Assembly: GCA_022646745.1 (NCBI GenBank)
Contig: CP060262.1
Coordinates: forward strand, 1,530,001 to 1,562,000
Direction of reading: 5' to 3'
Origin: Planctomycetales bacterium
GTDB lineage: Bacteria; 4484-113; JAFGCY01
Length of the DNA: 32,000 bases
The notes under the pieces: generated by a model
Seen by the model: only the letters and a program-made list of their open reading frames with translations
The model's database searches: none
What the model was told of the DNA's origin: nothing
Translations under genes and position numbers: made by a program
Part shown: in pieces, positions 29,524 to 32,000 of the stretch
Numbering within the stretch: position 1 is the stretch's first letter
How the letters are laid out: each line of letters starts with the position of its first letter

Positions 29524-32000
29524 CTATGGAATGATCACGATATCAAGCTGATAACGAAGATCGACGTTGCCACTTACCTGGACAAAGTAAGTCTGGCCAC
29601 TGACTACCGGATATCGCAGCAACTGGCTGCTGCCATCCACGCTGATTTTGCCTTCCGTCAGATGAATACTGGACGGACCTTCTGACAAAGCCAGGCTGTA
29701 TCTGGACGGGTTCAGTTCCTGATGCTTCACGCTGGCTTCAAGCGTACCATCTGAAGTGGCAACAAACTCGTAATAATCCTTGGTGTCCCGGCCTGATGGC
29801 AGATAGTCATTGTCATTGTCCAGGCTTGCGAAGATGGTTGCAGGCAGCGAGATTGATGCGGCAGTGAAGCTGGTATCGTTCGGTTCGAGGTCATCCTTGT
29901 CACTGTAAACAGCGCTGAAGTCCAGCACGACATCTGCTCCGCTGATCGCAACGGGTACCTTGCCGGAGGGAGTGACATTGCGGTTGGCAATCTGCCACTG
30001 CATCTCCTGGACACCATTTGGGTAAAAACCAAACAGGTAATCAGCGAAGTATGTTTCCTTGTATTCGCCAGTGCTGTGGTTGATGAGATATGAATCACTG
30101 TATAACTCCGATGGTTCACCATTGTCCACTGTGCCACTGATGCTGTAGACATCCAGTCCGGCCTTGTCAACCTGCAGATTGTATGAAGCCTCGCCACCGA
30201 TGACTTCAATTGCAATCAAGTAATCGCCGGCATTGTCCGCCCGGAAATAGAATGAATGATTCCCGGTTCCTGTGTGCTGGAAGAGCTGCTGCACTGGGTC
30301 TGCACTTAACAAGGTGACAGCGAATTCAATGTCCTGCTCGTTTGTCGCGATGGTGAATATCAACGAACCAGGATCATCCAGGGTAAACCCGTAGTGGTCG
30401 CCGCCGTCAGAGTTACTGCTGATTGTGGCGTCAACATTCACTGGGAAGGGCTGCACAGATGCATCTTCCAGAATGTCATTGGGTTCGTGATTGTCCTGTG
30501 CAAGGCTGATAACAGGTGCAAGCTGGATGTCAGAATTGCCGAACTCAACCCATTCATAAGCTGGCTCGAACTGCATGCCGAAGCGTTCGTGGTGTACGAA
30601 TATCCGTTCACCGGGCATGTAATCCACATTGGACTCTGCAAGTCCTTCATCTGAGTATTCGTGCTCTGTGTATTCCTGGTCAGCAGACTGAGTGTGGAAA
30701 ACACATTCATCCAGTGGCGTGCCATTCAGCTCATAATAGGCTGAGAGCCTGACGGGGTCATACTCGTAGATTTCCAGCTCATATGCCATCAGGGCGCCTT
30801 CCATGAACAGGCGGAGGACATAGTTGCCTTCGCTAAGCGGACCGTTGGTCCTACCCTCAAGATGTGTACCGCTCATGTCGTCAAAGCCTATGTTGACTTC
30901 ACTTGAATCATACAGGTCGAAATATCCTGCATCAGGATATTCAGCAGGACCATTCTCGGGGAACCGGGCACGGAACATCACGTGCTTGCCTTCCTGTACG
31001 TCAAAACTGAAGTAGTCATAGGAATCATTGCCAGTCAGGTCGTAACCACCAATCCAGCCAGATACGGGTGTTTCCAGGGGAAGGTTGAGCGGCGTGGCGC
31101 TGGCTGAGTCGTCGTTCGGTTCCATGTCGTCAACCGGAGCTGTTGCTGACATATCGAAGTCTTGTCCGACCAGTGGACCAGATGAGAAATCATGCAGTAT
31201 GGATTCAGGGCTGAAAGTGTACACCGATGAAACAGGGCGGACCGTGGCTGGCAACGGTGCCACCTGCTTGTTGCTGATGGTTCCAGTACCGGCTGTTACC
31301 ATGACTGTCGTGAAATCTGCGTATTCCAGGCGGACCAGGCTGGTATATAGTTCCTCATACAGGCCGTCGTCTCCGTCTCCGGGATCTCCTGAGTCGTAGA
31401 GGTCAACCTCGCAGAGCTCAGGCCGGCCGCTATGCAGGCTGAGGTCGTAGAATCCACCGCCACCCTCGCAGTTGACCTCGACATGGTACTTGCCGGCGCG
31501 TGGGAAGTAGTATCCGACGACAGTTGTTCCATACAATACGTAAGAGCTGCTTGATTCGGTTGATGAGTTTCTGTCATTGAATAGCTGCAGGCTTGGGAAA
31601 AGGATGTTCTCATCACCGTCAAAGCGGATGTAATACCAATCTTCACTCGGGACAATGAAACTGTAGAAGTCGGATTCGTCATCAAGGATGCTGATGGACG
31701 CACCATTCAATGGACTTGTACCCATGTCATGCTCATTGGCGAATGCATCGTTGGGTTCAAACTCATCGCTGCCGACGAATCCACTCTTCTGGGGATTTCC
31801 CCGCAGCTCGAGACCGCTCAGATCCGCTCCGTCCACTGTAAACATCGTTGCTGCAGGAAAGAACTGAAAACCGTCCAGTGTGGCCATAATGGCCCAGTTG
31901 CCATTCGGGATGGCTGAAAGGCTGAAACTACCGTCGACAGAACTGAACACAGACTGCGGATCAAGCAGGTTTGTCGTCACCAACGCGCCCTCAACGGGGT
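29524..32000 (-). CDS. paralogue of 26336-29434, N-terminus outside the window (partial)
   Basis: Colinear with aa ~209-1032 of the neighbour, with the same four EPND modules. The reading frame stays open to the window edge (...PVEGALVTTNLLDPQS), so the M at 31983 is internal. Lower GC than its neighbour. Confidence 0.8.
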   Translation of the reverse strand, partial: PVEGALVTTNLLDPQSVFSSVDGSFSLSAIPNGNWAIMATLDGFQFFPAATMFTVDGADLSGLELRGNPQKSGFVGSDEFEPNDAFANEHDMGTSPLNGASISILDDESDFYSFIVPSEDWYYIRFDGDENILFPSLQLFNDRNSSTESSSSYVLYGTTVVGYYFPRAGKYHVEVNCEGGGGFYDLSLHSGRPELCEVDLYDSGDPGDGDDGLYEELYTSLVRLEYADFTTVMVTAGTGTISNKQVAPLPATVRPVSSVYTFSPESILHDFSSGPLVGQDFDMSATAPVDDMEPNDDSASATPLNLPLETPVSGWIGGYDLTGNDSYDYFSFDVQEGKHVMFRARFPENGPAEYPDAGYFDLYDSSEVNIGFDDMSGTHLEGRTNGPLSEGNYVLRLFMEGALMAYELEIYEYDPVRLSAYYELNGTPLDECVFHTQSADQEYTEHEYSDEGLAESNVDYMPGERIFVHHERFGMQFEPAYEWVEFGNSDIQLAPVISLAQDNHEPNDILEDASVQPFPVNVDATISSNSDGGDHYGFTLDDPGSLIFTIATNEQDIEFAVTLLSADPVQQLFQHTGTGNHSFYFRADNAGDYLIAIEVIGGEASYNLQVDKAGLDVYSISGTVDNGEPSELYSDSYLINHSTGEYKETYFADYLFGFYPNGVQEMQWQIANRNVTPSGKVPVAISGADVVLDFSAVYSDKDDLEPNDTSFTAASISLPATIFASLDNDNDYLPSGRDTKDYYEFVATSDGTLEASVKHQELNPSRYSLALSEGPSSIHLTEGKISVDGSSQLLRYPVVSGQTYFVQVSGNVDLRYQLDIVIIP

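Noticed and set aside
26336-32000. Diversity-generating retroelement target or variable-repeat system behind the two large paralogues.
   Set aside because: There is no reverse transcriptase, no near-identical template/variable repeat pair at the DNA level, and the divergence is spread along the whole length rather than concentrated at adenine-specific sites in a C-terminal region.

Overview
GC-rich bacterial chromosomal window. My hand counts on single 60-nt lines give about 65% GC in ffh. Two patches are clearly lower: 7.8-8.8 kb at about 42-48%, and 29.5-32 kb at about 42-47%. I support 33 protein-coding genes and recognise no rRNA, tRNA, CRISPR, transposase or phage genes. Left to right: (i) 51-4626, an envelope glycan O-acylation-type module: MBOAT acyltransferase, coupled small membrane protein, exported SGNH hydrolase, and an exported candidate polysaccharide hydrolase. 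(ii) 4731-7437, a divergent pair: an AIM24/TIGR00266-family protein and a 630-aa internally triplicated protein of unknown function. (iii) 7438-9069, a hairpin-repeat-rich stretch holding one low-GC secreted-protein gene bracketed by 159-nt direct repeats. (iv) 9070-11163, a lipoprotein gene followed by a DltC-like carrier protein and a Kbl-like alpha-oxoamine synthase. (v) 11234-16621, housekeeping genes: ffh, NUDIX, ABM monooxygenase, thyX, M3 oligoendopeptidase. (vi) 16862-24081, a 7.2-kb, 14-gene same-strand array headed by an ArsR regulator: membrane protein, DinB-fold protein, 5 SRPBCC/AHSA1 and 5 VOC/glyoxalase-fold paralogues (three with signal peptides), and a TfoX-N/YjbR-like protein. 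(vii) 24248-32000, an exported clan-GH-A-like glycosidase and two tandem giant paralogues built from four ~205-aa (beta-sandwich + PPC 'EPND') super-repeats; the second is cut by the window end. Non-coding highlights: a family of stop-codon-proximal GGAGG + GNRA-loop hairpin + CAA modules; perfect TATAAT boxes 6-9 nt upstream of five start codons, implying leaderless mRNAs; and an 11-bp-phased TTAACG array. Best candidates for something undescribed: the ArsR/SRPBCC/VOC/DinB array with cytoplasmic and exported copies, the PPC super-repeat protein pair with its glycosidase, the AIM24 + triplicated-protein pair, and the GGAGG-hairpin element family. All functional calls rest on motif recognition by eye in the supplied translations. 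No database search or folding program was run.
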